A stretch of 64,000 nt of DNA from Eledone cirrhosa (Eukaryota): the NCBI GenBank assembly GCA_964016885.1, contig OZ024742.1:212350001-212414000 (forward strand), written 5' to 3'. This document shows, piece by piece, positions 12,718 through 25,225 of this stretch (position 1 is its first letter; each line of letters starts with the position of its first letter). The translations under genes and the position numbers were made by a program. The notes under the pieces were generated by a model that had not been told where the DNA came from, did not search any database, and saw only the letters and a list, made by a program, of their open reading frames with translations.

Positions 12718-12995
12718 TAGTGGTTAGAGAGTTGGATTCACAATTGTGAAGTTGTGAGCTTAAACTTTGGATCAGGCAATGTGTTGTTTCCTTGAGCAAA
12801 ACATGTTATTTCATGTTGCTCCATCTCACTCGACTGTAGAAATGAGTTGCTACATCACTGCTGCCAAGCTGTATCAGATTTTGCCTTTCCTTTGGACAAC
12901 ATCAGTGGTATGAAGAAGGGAGATGGGTATGCATGACGAATGCTGGTCTTTCACAAAAGCACATTGCCTGGTCTTGTGCCTCAGAGGTTTTTACC
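12709..12995 (+). mobile_element. CORE-type tRNA SINE (related copies 7085-7200 +, 15515-15605 -)
   Basis: tggcttagtggttagag tRNA head plus tccttgagcaaaaca CORE-like block. Confidence 0.7.
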
Positions 12996-13049
12996 CTTTA
13001 CTGTGATAGTGAGTTCACACATGTACAAAAAGAATATATATATAGACTC

Positions 13050-13603
13050 TGCTACCTTGGGAACCAAATTTGCAGTTGGGGTGGGTGTTCTGAAGTACAG
13101 TAGCCAGAGTGAGGGTGGGCTAGAAAAAGTTCAGGAAGCTACTACCACTGCTTGTTACAAAGAGTCTCTGCTTCTGGGTGAAAGGCAGATTGTATGATGC
13201 TTGTGTGAGAACGGCAATACTACATGATAGTTTGACTTTGTGTATGAAGGACTTATGGAGATTGGAAAGAAATGAGGCAAGCATGCTTCGATGGATATGT
13301 AATTGTACTATACATGAGCGATGAAGTATAAATGAGCTGAGAGAAAAACTGAGCAAAAGAGGCATTGGTTGCATTGTGCAAGAGAGGAGACTGTGATAGC
13401 ATGGACATGTGATGCACATGAAGGATGACAGCTGTATGAAGAAATGCAGAGAACTTGAAGTCAAAGGAACCCTTGGAAAGGGAAGGCCTAGGAAAACAGG
13501 GATGATGAAGTGAAAATCAATCTCATGCAGCTGAATCTCACAAAGGAGATGACCAAGCTGGGGATATTCTGTAATACAAGGAACTTGCTTTCTCATGCAA
13601 GTG
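13050..13603 (+). mobile_element. Older, diverged RTE LINE 3' fragment
   Basis: Homologous to 8090-8650 with many stops and indels. Confidence 0.8.
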
Positions 13604-13604
13604 T

Positions 13605-13798
13605 AATAATTGTTTCTACTTTTGACACAAGGCCAGCAATTATCTCAGTACATTACTGGTATTTTATTTTATCGACCCCGTAAGGATGAAAGGCAAAGTT
13701 AACCTCGGTGGGATTTGAACTCAGAATGGCAAGGGCCGTAACTCTATGCGTCAAAGCATGGTGTTGGACCCTCTACCGATACTGCCAATCCACCGCCG
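13605..13798 (-). mobile_element. Meta-type tRNA SINE (further full or partial copies ~18880-19070, 27337-27465, 30618-30692, 37549-37642, 46120-46332, 49621-49711, 59358-59447)
   Basis: Sequence similarity to 4939-5131. Confidence 0.85.
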
Positions 13799-13892
13799 AC
13801 ATAATACGATGATGATGATATTGACTAAGGTATGTTGAAAGGTGCAAGGTTGGATTAACCATTAAGCAAAATAAACACCATTTTATTCAAAT

Positions 13893-14443
13893 TACTGTAT
13901 ATACTTGAACATAAGCTGACACTATTTTATGTCTGAGAAATAGGCAAAACTCCAAACCCTGTTCATAAGTTGAGGCTGGTAATCAACAAATTGTGTGTAG
14001 ATGGTACGGTTTTGAAATTCTCATGAGTGTAGAATAGATTTATAAAGTTTTAATATTTTGATATCTAAAATGTTTTAAGTATCAGTTAGAGTGTAATTTT
14101 AGTTTCACAACTCCATTATGATATGATATTTTTACCAATTTCTGACTGTTTTGAAGGCCATATTCATTGAAAGCATATAAAAAAACAATAGGAAATATGA
14201 ATTTCACATCGGAAGTGAAACAGGTGTAATATTCACCTTCAAAGTGAAACCGGTGTAATAATCACCCACAATGAAACCAGAGTAATACTCATCTCCAAAC
14301 CCAAAATATTTTAGCACCTCATGAGAATTTTGAAGTTGGTGAAAATCTGCAAAATATTGACCTCAAATATAAGCCAACCCCCATTTTACTATTGATTTTT
14401 TGGGGTCACATATTTCTCAGTTTATATACAAGTATATATGGTT
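13893..14443. mobile_element. Tc1/pogo-type MITE, degenerate
   Basis: Imperfect TIRs tactgtatatacttgaacataagctga / tcagtttatatacaagtatatatggtta; internal inverted repeat and three ~29 bp subrepeats at 14200-14290. Confidence 0.5.
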
Positions 14444-16249
14444 ATTGTATGTCATTCCAAAAAAATTTTTTTTTACAATCTTTTAAGGGCTCAGAGTTTC
14501 AAAAGGACATAATCCAGCCCTGGGTTGATGCTATACTCATAACATAGTTTACTGTCATACTAATTGACTATAAGAAAGACATTCAACTGTTAAACCACTG
14601 ACTTATTCAAGATACATCAGTTCTATCATAAAACCACCCAACACATTAACACTTTCATTACGATATTTCTAATAAAATACACTGCTCATGTTTTTCAAGT
14701 CATTTTTAAAATAATAAATAGTTTAGAGGGATTTAGTAATAAGAAATTTGGAACATAAAAGGTTTTTGAATAAAATTATAATAGGTTTTAATTTAAATAT
14801 GAACAATTTTAAATTGTTTTTAAAATTTAAATATGAACAATTTAAAATTGTTTTAAAATTGTTTTTACATCATAGAGTTTGTGGTAGTTTCATGTGGGTT
14901 GGTATCAAAAGGGCTGAGAGAATCAGCAGATATATGAACATTGTGTAAAGTGTGAGCATTTTCAGACTGTTGATAAGTATTCTATCAACCACATAATTTA
15001 GTTAGATATTTCTAGGATTGCTACAATTAAGCTAGTTTCATTAATCTGAAAATTAGCACAAACCTGGTCCAGGCTTAAACCTTTAGCATTTACATTACTC
15101 TATATTTACTATCATATTTTCGTGGTAAAGGCTTTATCTCACATAATATCGAATCTATGAAATTTTGATATTATTTATTTTGAGAATAATACCTTAACAT
15201 CACTATGTGTAGCCAGTTATGGCCAGTTTGAACAGAAACGTAAGAAAATTATGGCCAGATACAGCCGGTTTGAATGCCAACAGGTTAAGGTGAATTGTCA
15301 TCATGGTATCTTTCAATGACAGTAGCAAATGGTCAGGTGATTAGAATTGGCTGTTGGTGGGATTTGTATCCCTAGGCATAATTTGAACTCAGAACATAAA
15401 CTGCCAGAATAGACACTGCAAGGAATCTTATCAAATACTCAAACAATTCTGCCAATCTATCACTATAGACTGGTACTTTATTTTATCTTCCCCAAAAGGT
15501 TGTAAGGTAAAGTTTCTCAAGGACATAACGCATCACTTGGTCCAGGAATCAAATTTACAAGCTCATGATTACGAATCCAATTCTCTAACCACTAAGCCAT
15601 GCACCTTCATTGTTTAACCTTTTAGCAATTAAACCAGCCATATCCAGCCATATCCAGCCAGAATTCTCTCACCTCTTTCTGTTCAAACCAGATGTACTGG
15701 CTGCTCAAAATATATAGAAGTATACACCACCAAAATATATAGAAGTATACACCACCCCCACCCGATCCACACCACCCCGTTCTATGTAAAGTTATGTTGG
15801 TGCCGCGCCATCGAGGCCGAAACAAATGAGATCGTGTAGGTGTCACGACAAAAAAACACACAGTCCACGCTGTAATGTGGCCGTGTAGGCAACACGGTAA
15901 AAACCTCCCAGACCCACACTGTAAATGTGGTTGGTGTTAGGAAGGGCATCCAACTGTAGAAAACCTGCCAGACAGTCCTATGCGAGCAAGACAATCACTC
16001 TTGCCTCAAGTGGGACTACCCCCGTCCAAACCCATGCAAGCGTGGAACACGGACGTTAAACGTTGATGATGATGATGATGATGATGATATATAGAGTAAT
16101 GTAAATGCTAAATGGTTAATCTGAAAAGCTTATTTTTTTAAAGACTATCTATTAGTGGCATTTATTGTTGAAATTTCTATTTTCCTTAAGATATACATAT
16201 ACACAAATATGAGAAACTAATGATGATAAAGAAATAACAATTATAGTAC

Positions 16250-16403
16250 ATATTTTTTTGGTGTACTTGCAACCATATCATCTTTTTGAAAGGCCATTCC
16301 AAGAAAGTCAGTTGGTGTACTTAGTTCTGAAACATCACTGTTGCTGCTATTCCATCTCATCTGCTCCACTGCACTTTTATGCCATAAATTCTGATTCTGT
16401 GAT
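16250..16403 (-). CDS. CCDC18: CCDC18-like exon 2 (donor position uncertain)
   Basis: Strong acceptor ttttctcttttaaacag; phase fits exon 1; SQNQNLWHKSAVEQMRWNSSNSDVSELSTPTDFLGMAFQKDDMVASTPKKY; weak donor. Confidence 0.55.
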
Positions 16404-17899
16404 CTGTTTAAAAGAGAAAAATAAAACAAATTGTCCAGAAAGATAAAATGCATGGCATGCCAATATATTCTATATTGTTTTTGATGATTAAATCCATTTT
16501 TTGTATACTAGCATAGGAGGGACAGGTTGTTTTATGGTTCCATAATTCAGCATAGAGTATCATGGTTATTTTACCAATGAACCATGTATTCTCTGATTAG
16601 ACACAATTACTGTGATTACATTGACTCCAGTAACCCAATAAGGATAAACTATAAAGTCAACTCCAGCAGAGAGTGAGCTTTAAACCATCTTAGGTGGTGC
16701 TCATAGATTTAGTTTCTTAAAAAAACAAAGCCTCAGGGATAGAACAAAATGAATAATAAATATACATACAACCAATTGTGTAACTAAATATATAACTGAT
16801 AATATTAGATATTTTTTACAGCATGTACAGATGATTTGAATATTTCTTTTGGATATTAAACAATACACCTTCCATCTGTTTTCTAATTTGTATTGTGTGA
16901 ACCCATAACCCTTGGTGGAGTTGTAGGGGTGCTATAGTGTCATACAGCATCTCTTGGGCATTTTTAAAACATGGCAGAGCCCACTACCTCTCCATATCTG
17001 AACACAGCCTATTTCTTCCAGAGAAGGAGAAAGAGTGAGAGAGAAAGAGATACAAAAGAAGAAATAAACCCAGTAATTTATCGAGCAAATTTGAACAAAA
17101 ATAATTCTGTTTATTGTTACATTTTTCTTCAACCTACAAAATTAATATATTTAAATGACTTTTAATTAAGATTCGATCAGTTTCACCCCTCAATATAAAT
17201 TTACTAAACTCAATTATGACAAGTAAAAGGAATTATGAAGCAATTTAATTATCATTCAAATATTATACTAATCACATTTATTACCTTCAGGCTACAACAA
17301 ATATTGAGCATCTATGGCAGTTTTACATTGTCTCTTGCTTTTTTTTTTCCTGTCATGTCAAGGACATGATGCTCTCCTTAGTGTTGGTGATCTACATAAT
17401 AAACACACCCAGTACATGCTGTAAAGTGGTTGGTGATAGGAAGGGTATCCAGCCATAGAAAGCTTGCCAAACAAAGGGTTAGCAGGAACCTTCAGTTGTG
17501 TCAAAGACATGACAATCTCTCCTGTACACATGGTAGAATGTGAGACCATATGTGATTGAAATAACAGAACACCTGAAATGTCTGGGAGGTCAGTAACCAT
17601 GCTTTAGTAAGAACTTGGTCTATGTAGGCCTGTCCCAATTCTTGCTAGCAGGGAAAGCAGATGTTAAAACGAAACAATGATGTGCCAAAAGAAATATTCC
17701 AATCATCGGTACATGTGGCTTCTGCAAAAAATAAATCTGTGGTCCCATGAGATGTTTAATTGAAAAAAAGTTTTTTTCAATGAATAGATTCTCTTTCTAA
17801 AACAATATGTTTTTATTAAAATTATTGTGATAGGGGTCTGTAAAATATAGATGTGAGTTCCATGATATTTGGAAATTGTCTTTGACATACACATGATAA

Positions 17900-18580
17900 G
17901 TTTGCTGTCAAGTGCTGCACGGCAGGAATGAAAATCAGTGCTGCAAAAACTGAGACAGTCGTCCTCTTAAGGAAGCCTGTGCAGTCCACTCTACATGTGG
18001 AGTTTCACTGAAGCAGTTGGACAAGTTGAAGGGGCCGTGTTCACAAGTAATGGAAGGCAGGAGACTAATTAAGTGCAAGAATTGCAGGATTTGGTGCCTT
18101 CAAGGAATGCAGGATTCAGCATTCAGTCATCAGAAGAAGGGAGGTAGATGTAGAAGCCGAACCCGCTATCTTCAATTTGGTATTCATGCCAACCCTTACC
18201 TATGGTCATGAATCTTGGGTAATAACCAAAAGAATACGATTGTGAATACAAGTAGCCAAAAAGATGTTCCTCTGAAGAGTCTTTGGAGTAACATTACTCA
18301 ATAGAGTATGTTGCTAGATCTGAGAGTCGCTACTCCAAATTGACGGATCGCTGCTCTGATATTACGGACAAGTGGTTAGAATGTCTCAAAAAAGAATCAC
18401 TGGACAAATTTTACAGGTAAAACCAACCGGCAGGAGACTCTGAGCAAGATGATTGGATAACATCCATGGGCTAGAATGGACTCACTTGGGGATCCAGCCG
18501 GATCGACTGGATATGGGTGCTTCTGACAGGACCTGCTGGATGGCCGCCCCAAGAATAACTGGACGAGGAAGAAGATAAGG
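17900..18580 (+). mobile_element. Degenerate RTE-like LINE 3' fragment (different family)
   Basis: Remnant motifs PTLTYGHESW and R.Y..V.RM; (GAA)-like tail. Confidence 0.55.
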
Positions 18581-19282
18581 GGTTCATGACAAAATAAGTT
18601 TGGGAGTTATATGTGATATCATGAGAGAGCTTCTAAGTGGTTGCTCAACCTGCTGGAAATTGCAACCAAATCTTCATCAATTCACATCATACCGACAGTT
18701 TTATACAAGGGATTATTAGATTATGTAGCAGACTTAGATACCCATAAAAAGCTGGTGTACTTTTGAACATAACTTTAAATAGGGTCTAGATTTAGATATT
18801 TTGATTGTATAACGGTAGACACCGCCTACATTAACAGAAGCACTTTTGCCTAATAATTCTAACATTAGCACAAAACTATCAATTTGGGGAGAGAAAGACG
18901 ATTATATTGAACCCAGTACTTAAATAGTACTTTATTTTATTGACCCCAGAAGGATGACAGGCAAAGTTAAGCTCGGCACGATTTGAATTCAGAACGTATA
19001 AAATCATAACTAAATGCCGCAGAGCATTTTGTCCGACTCTTTACCAATACTGCTAACCCACCGGCCTCACTCTTGGCTAATACTAAAATCCAACGAAGGA
19101 ACCTCGACGTGGTCACTCTTTATTGATGACCCTAGTCGTTAATCAAGTCTGACCTAGGGCTAGACAACAACAGAGCAAAATACTACTTTTGGGAGGAACA
19201 AGATAAAATTAATTCGTTTAATTATCGATAATTTACTTTTTTCATATTGATAAATCTCAACTAGAAATGTTCAAGCACTTAC

Positions 19283-19401
19283 AAATTATTAACACAAAAC
19301 GTTTTCTCTTTCAAATCTTGTTGTTCCATTAAATAAATATTTGCTAAAGATTTTTCTGTTTCTTGCAGACGATGTGTTACTTCTCTTAATCTCGATTCCA
19401 T
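19283..19401 (-). CDS. CCDC18: CCDC18-like coiled-coil protein, first coding exon
   Basis: catcATGG context; MESRLREVTHRLQETEKSLANIYLMEQQDLKEKTFCVNN then |gtaagt (phase 2); resembles the recalled CCDC18 N-terminus (LRHELKITEWSLQSL). Confidence 0.7.
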
Positions 19402-19740
19402 GATGTAGTTGCAAATATTAGCCTCTAATAACGTGTTAGGTAATATCTAATCATTGGTGTTGTCAAATATTCGATAGAAATATAAGAAAACGCATAGAAA
19501 ACGTTAAGAAAAGGAATAGTTGTTGAATTGTTGACATGTCACGACTTGTTTCATTTTGGAACAGAGTTCTAGAGATATATAAATACGGGTGAATTTTTTT
19601 ATGCAAAAACAAAACAAAAAATATCGTGTGTGACTGAAACAATCTAAAAAGAGTGAAATATAACGACTTTAAGTAATTGTTTATAACTTTACAAATGAAA
19701 TAAAATATTTGAATAAAGTACATGAGCGAGGTGAGATTTG

Positions 19741-19944
19741 ATTGGCTATTATTTTGTTTTTACTAAATATTAGCAAAATCATGCAAAAGTACATTTATAA
19801 AAGCCCACATATTTTTACAATTAGGAATATTTAATTTATATTAAATTTGAGTTTATTCCTAATATTACTAAATTTTATTATTTAAGACACTTCCGGAAAG
19901 CTGTTAAATTCTCTGCAGCGTTGCTCTCTACTTCCTTTTACATA
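19741..19944. promoter_or_regulatory. Bidirectional promoter: reverse CCAAT (19741), palindromic ETS-like site acTTCCGGAAag (19889-19900), TCT/5'TOP-like initiator ctctctacttcctttt (19924-19939)
   Basis: Motifs read directly; pyrimidine-tract start sites and ETS/GABP sites are typical of ribosomal protein gene promoters; lies between two divergent ATGs. Confidence 0.7.
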
Positions 19945-20010
19945 GTAAGTCATCCCCCAACTGATGCTATTAATAAGGCACTGATAATTGGAAGTATAAA
20001 ATAAGCCAAA

Positions 20011-20013
20011 ATG
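20011..20013 (+). CDS. RPL5: RPL5 exon 1 coding part (start codon only, ATG|gtaagt)
   Basis: aaaATG followed directly by consensus donor gtaagt; ATG-only first coding exon matches vertebrate RPL5 as recalled. Confidence 0.9.
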
Positions 20014-20512
20014 GTAAGTAATTTCTAAAAAATTTTAATGTATTTTGTATTGTTATTACTTCGTGAACGATATCGTTCAGTAAATTTTCTTCGATGGCTC
20101 ATTTATATTAATGATACCGCTTGGTTTTTTTCTACACGTGTTAAAATCGCACTTGTTCTTTTTGCATTCACACTCGACGTCGTGGACAGCCTTTATAATA
20201 TATGATATTCAATAGTTTTATTCATTAATACTCTTCTGAGAATTTTTGTAATAGACTTGTCGTTTGTTATATCTTACAAACATAAACAATTTTTATGCAT
20301 TTGACGAAACTAACTATTATATTAATCTTCATAATCAACTAAGTAATATCATTAATAAGTATATAACTCTGTATTCGAATGCTTAAAGTAGTTTTACTTC
20401 TTAAATAGTTTATTTGGATTCATACAATATTATGTCGATGAAATTAGCTTCAACAACGTTAAAAAAATACTTCGTGTCTCAAAATGTTTTTTTATTTTAA
20501 TTTATTTTGTAG

Positions 20513-20582
20513 GTGTTCGTGAAAGTCATCAAAAATAAAGCCTATTTCAAGAGGTTTCAAGTAAAATTCCGAAGGAGGAGAG
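20513..20582 (+). CDS. RPL5: 60S ribosomal protein L5 (uL18) exon 2
   Basis: ag|GTG...AG|gt, 70 bp; [23 protein letters not shown]. Confidence 0.97.
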
Positions 20583-20715
20583 GTATATATAATTTATACC
20601 TCTATTGTATACCATAATGTACATATTAACATTTGGCTAGCCTTCATTTTTCTACGTAATCATACCACCTTTCTTATCGAAAAGTTGGCTGAAACTTTTA
20701 AATTTTTGTTTCTAG

Positions 20716-20831
20716 AGGGAAAAACCGACTACTTCGCGAGGAAACGGCTTGTGGTGCAGGAGAAAAATAAGTACAACACCCCTAAATATCGGATGATTGT
20801 TCGCTTCACCAATAAGGATATCATTTGCCAG
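20716..20831 (+). CDS. RPL5: RPL5 exon 3
   Basis: 116 bp, ag/gt bounded; [39 protein letters not shown]. Confidence 0.97.
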
Positions 20832-21156
20832 GTAAACTTATTTTTTCAGTCCTTCTAGCTCCCTCCCATTTCTCCTGAAAGATTAGGCTAATTTTTATTA
20901 CATTGTTTGTAAACTTGTTTTTTGGCTCCGGGTTAATAATATAAAGGTGGAATATTAATAATATTGACTAAAATACTTCTGCTTTATTGGCGCTTCGGTT
21001 TCAGAACTACTGAAACTTGATATTTCCCAAATGATCAGGGTCCTATTTATCTGGAGCTTAAAGAAATTCTTTAAAATGAATTTTTTTTATATTGACAATG
21101 CTATCTACGCGCGTTATAAAGTATCCAGCATATATTTTTATATTTGTAATTAGCAT

Positions 21157-21285
21157 GAGCAAAGGAAGACTATTTAGCTACTCAAAGCACGAGGCACAGT
21201 TCCTTTTCTGCAAAAGTCATCGCATTTCCTTTTGGATTTGAACAATTATTTAAGTGTCCTGTATTGTCAAAGAAAAGTCACATCT
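21157..21285 (+). ncRNA. Candidate box H/ACA snoRNA in RPL5 intron 3
   Basis: Two hairpins (aaaggaa/ttccttt; ttttgg/tcaaag) and ACA+3 nt, ~129 nt; H box imperfect (AAAGTC). Confidence 0.3.
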
Positions 21286-22772
21286 CAATTATATTTATTT
21301 CAAACTACAAATATTGTTGGTGTAAATGTACTTTTTTATGAAGTACACTTTCACAATGCCATATTTGTAATGACTACGTTAAAAGGTGCTACTGTTGTAG
21401 ACGTGAATTAAGAAACGGTTGATATGCAACTGTAAAACAGTTTATACTTCGTGCTCTTGGAAAAACTGCAAATAATCTAAGACATCTGCCCCATTTAACA
21501 ATTTAGTATATTATTTACATAAGGTTTGATTGATGAGAAATTTCTCATCTGATTCTAACATTTTTTAATTCTTTTTATTTTATGGAGTTTGAAAAGTTTG
21601 TTAGCGGGGATAATGCTTAATAAAAAAAAATATATGTCAATCGCTAATGCGAGGTCAGGTTTATGTGATGAGTCTATAACTACGTATTAGCTTTAAAGTA
21701 TTGTGCTCGTGTTGAAATATATTTTTGAGTTTATCCATGTAATTAAATCTGTACTATTTAGTTGGGTTTACAGTAACAAACGGAATTTACTGAGTTTGTG
21801 AGAGCCCAAACTTCGGATATAATTTAAATCTATTTTATTCTGCAACAGTTGAGTGGATAACCTTAGAGAATGAAATTTGGTTAGTTCGTTTGCAGTGGTG
21901 GTTTTGTGACTTCAAAACCAAGTACACAATTGACAATATTGGAAATGCTGCTAACTGGAATTAGCATGCTTTAGTAATTGCTGCTTCATCATCATCACTA
22001 TAATTGTAATTAAATTTATGTAAAATTACCTACAGTATGTCCTCCGATGTCTGTTTGACAATTTAAGAACACTGAAATAAAAAGTTAGGACTATACCACA
22101 AGCATTCTTGGTATGTATGTACATTTTGTGCAGACTCAGAAATATTTGAATCTAGCTGGACTTGCGTCTTGCATTTTCTCTAAATCCCTGTTTGTACATT
22201 GCTACTATGGAGTTCTTTTTAAATTTATTTTAGCTACACAAATCTCATTAATTGCTGCTCTGGTGGCTGGGTGATGGTTACTGGGTTCTTAATGTGTTGC
22301 TACTAGGTTTAGAAGAATAGGTTATATGGAGCTTGAAGCTTTTACAGCAGTGTGTGGGATGTAAGTGGTGGAAATGTATCAATATTTAGATTTAAATGGA
22401 ATTTGGCAGTGTTTTAGAATTTTTATAAACAGATTTACAGAAAAGAAATTTTGTCATGGAATAAACTTGTTAGATGTTAAATTAGTTGGGATGACTCTTG
22501 CTTGTTTTCTGCTGCTGGACATGGCTAATATTTCAAAATATCAATCAAAGGTTTGTAAAGTATTGATATAATATTGAGTACTTTATTCTTCCCTTTAGGT
22601 TTTAGTTGACTTGATGTAGGAGCAATGCATTAAGCACTTTGAATATTGATACATTGTTTTGTTACTTGAAATTATAATTGTGATTTTAGTTGTATCCGTT
22701 GTTACATTTGTTTGGAATAAGTTTATATACTACAAGAATAAACCTTTATTTATTTATTTTTTCCCTTATTAG

Positions 22773-23110
22773 ATAGCGTATGCCCGTATTGAGGGGGATG
22801 TGATAGTGGCTGCTGCCTACTCTCATGAACTCCCTAAATATGGCATCAAGGTAGGGCTGACCAACTATGCTGCCTCATATTGCACTGGACTTCTTCTTGC
22901 TAGAAGAATATTGAAAAAGTTCAAGTTGGACACAATCTATGATGGTTGTGTTGATGTAACTGGAGAGGAGTATAATGTTGAGAATATTGAAGGAAAACCC
23001 AGAGCCTTCCGTGCATTTCTTGATGTTGGACTCAGCCGTACGACAACTGGTGCAAGAGTCTTTGGAGCAATGAAGGGTGCTGTTGATGGTGGTATGGAGA
23101 TACCTCACAA
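22773..23110 (+). CDS. RPL5: RPL5 exon 4
   Basis: 338 bp; [45 protein letters not shown]...[11 protein letters not shown]; overlaps ORF 22800..23114. Confidence 0.97.
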
Positions 23111-23863
23111 GTAAGATTCCTTTTTTTTTAAATTACAAGTTTTAGTCTTTTGTTGGGGGAATGAAGTGGTTGGGTTGGTATTTCATATCTGCTGTGCTTT
23201 TGTAATACTGCAGGTCTTCGCAGACTGGCAAGATTGGAGTTTGCTAAAAGAAAAAAACATGGGTGTTTCAGAATTCTCTCGCCTTTCTGTTCAAACCAGT
23301 CATAACTGGCTGCTCATACTTGTATTAAGGTATTGTTGTCAAAATAAATATCAATTTCTGGTTCAATATTGTTAGATAATTATGACAGTTACTATTGCAT
23401 GGTAATGTAAATGCTAAAGGGTTAATGTGCAGAAACGAGTCCGGTTTTTTCCCAATTTCAAATATAGTTCACTCGCGTCTGAATCATAATCTATAAAGCT
23501 CAGTGTATGGACATGCTCCTTTGTTATAGAAATCTACGATATAGAATTTCTTCAATTGGAATTTACAATTCAGTATTCGAAATAGCTTCGATTGCGTCTT
23601 GGCACAGATAATTTTTTCAATTTCACCCACAATTACGCAAAAAATAGATAAAACTCGATATTTTACGATTTTTCTCTTATTTAAAGTGCTAAACTCTATC
23701 CATTACCATTCAAAATCTATACAACTTCATACTTTCTGCTACTTTCTCTTTCCAAGCTTGATGGTGATACTATCCATTTTACTCTCTCATATCATCTGCC
23801 TACCTCTATCTACAACCCACACATTTTGCTACTTTCTTTTATACTTCAAAATGATAAACAATA

Positions 23864-24135
23864 ATATCCTCTATGAGGTCACTAAACCTGCTAGAAACAG
23901 CAGCTAACTTTCCCCCATATCACACCCATCCCTACTGTCTTAAATTTAGAAAACATATCTTCTATGAGGTCACTAAACCTGCTAGAAACCAGCTAACTCT
24001 CCCCCATATCACACCACTCCCGACTGTTTTAAATTTAGAAAACATATCCTCCTATGAGGTCACTAAACCTGCTAGAAACAGCAGCTAACTCTCCTCCATA
24101 TCACACCCCTCCCTACTGTCTTAAATTTAGAAAAC
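23864..24135. repeat. Three tandem ~90 bp copies of an interspersed repeat (aacctgctagaaacagcagctaa...cacaccc..ctactgtctt) in RPL5 intron 4
   Basis: Direct inspection; single related copies near 4350, 7500-7580, 18640. Confidence 0.85.
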
Positions 24136-24963
24136 ACACAGACAACCATGCAGAACAACTCCATCACAGCTCTATTGTTCGGCTAGCAACGTCTACGCGC
24201 GTGTTGCGCAAGTACTGTGAAACAATAAATTTCAACACTTCTTTGCACAGAGACGAAACTACAATAGGCGAAACTACAATTGTCACTACTGGCACAGCTC
24301 GTGCTTCGGCAGTCCAGGTCTGCAATTCATTCACCCACTGCCTGGCAGACAAAAAAGTGCTGCCATAAAATGGGTGGTGCAACCTAACTTTGGTAACTTA
24401 ATGACACCGGGCTTTAATGCTAGTGATTTATAATGGTGACTTTTAATTCTTTATGCTAGACCATAAGATATATTGCATTCTGTTTATAAGCACTTTTGAC
24501 CCACATGCAATCATTAATCATTTTTACACTCAAATGCCATATCTGGTACCAAACCTTTTAGGTGCTTCTCATCGCACAAGAGTATATATTCCCTATGGCT
24601 GGCATAGTGGTGTAGTTCACAATTTCGCTTTACAACCATGATTTCAGCTGCTATCTCACTTCACTGCATGGTTGAATGTTTGCTATATGCCTGGGTCAAC
24701 CAGTACTTTGTGAGTGAATTGGTGGGTAGCAATTGCATATCAGTTTTCATGTGCGTCTTCACATCAACATGCAGAGAAAGTGGTGGCATTTGCCATGCAA
24801 CACCATAGTTTTGGCAAAGATGGGTGGTACATACCGTACCTTAAAAGTGTGGGTTGGCATTAGAAAGGGCATCTAGCCATATAACTGCCTTGTGAAGTTT
24901 CATCCAAGTCCATTCTTATTCAGAGATAGACTAGCTGTAGAACTTGCTTGTGTATTCTGTTTT

Positions 24964-25118
24964 GTGACTGGTTGCTCTGCCCATACACTTAACAGCATGT
25001 GCTAGGTGCATTTGATCATAGCATCAACACTAGAAAAGTTGGTGTCCCTAGTATTTCAAAAGACGGTTTCAGGCATGAATATATCAAAATATAATCTTCA
25101 TTGGGATACATCACACTC
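24964..25118 (+). ncRNA. Candidate box H/ACA snoRNA in RPL5 intron 4
   Basis: Hairpin - AGAAAA (H box, 25032) - hairpin (gtgtccc/gggatac) - ACA(25113)+3 nt; RP-gene introns commonly host snoRNAs; no target identified. Confidence 0.35.
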
Positions 25119-25225
25119 CTGCAAACTGGTCGGCTTAATGGAAAATGTAATCATGTGGCCAGTCAGTTGGGACAAAATGAAGGTTGACCCAAATTCTTTT
25201 TTAACCACATTGGTGTTGGCAAAGT

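Noticed and set aside
21665-21793. Box C/D snoRNA candidate (GTGATGA...CTGA)
   Set aside because: No terminal stem or recognisable rRNA antisense element; no SNORD21-like guide next to a D box found in any intron
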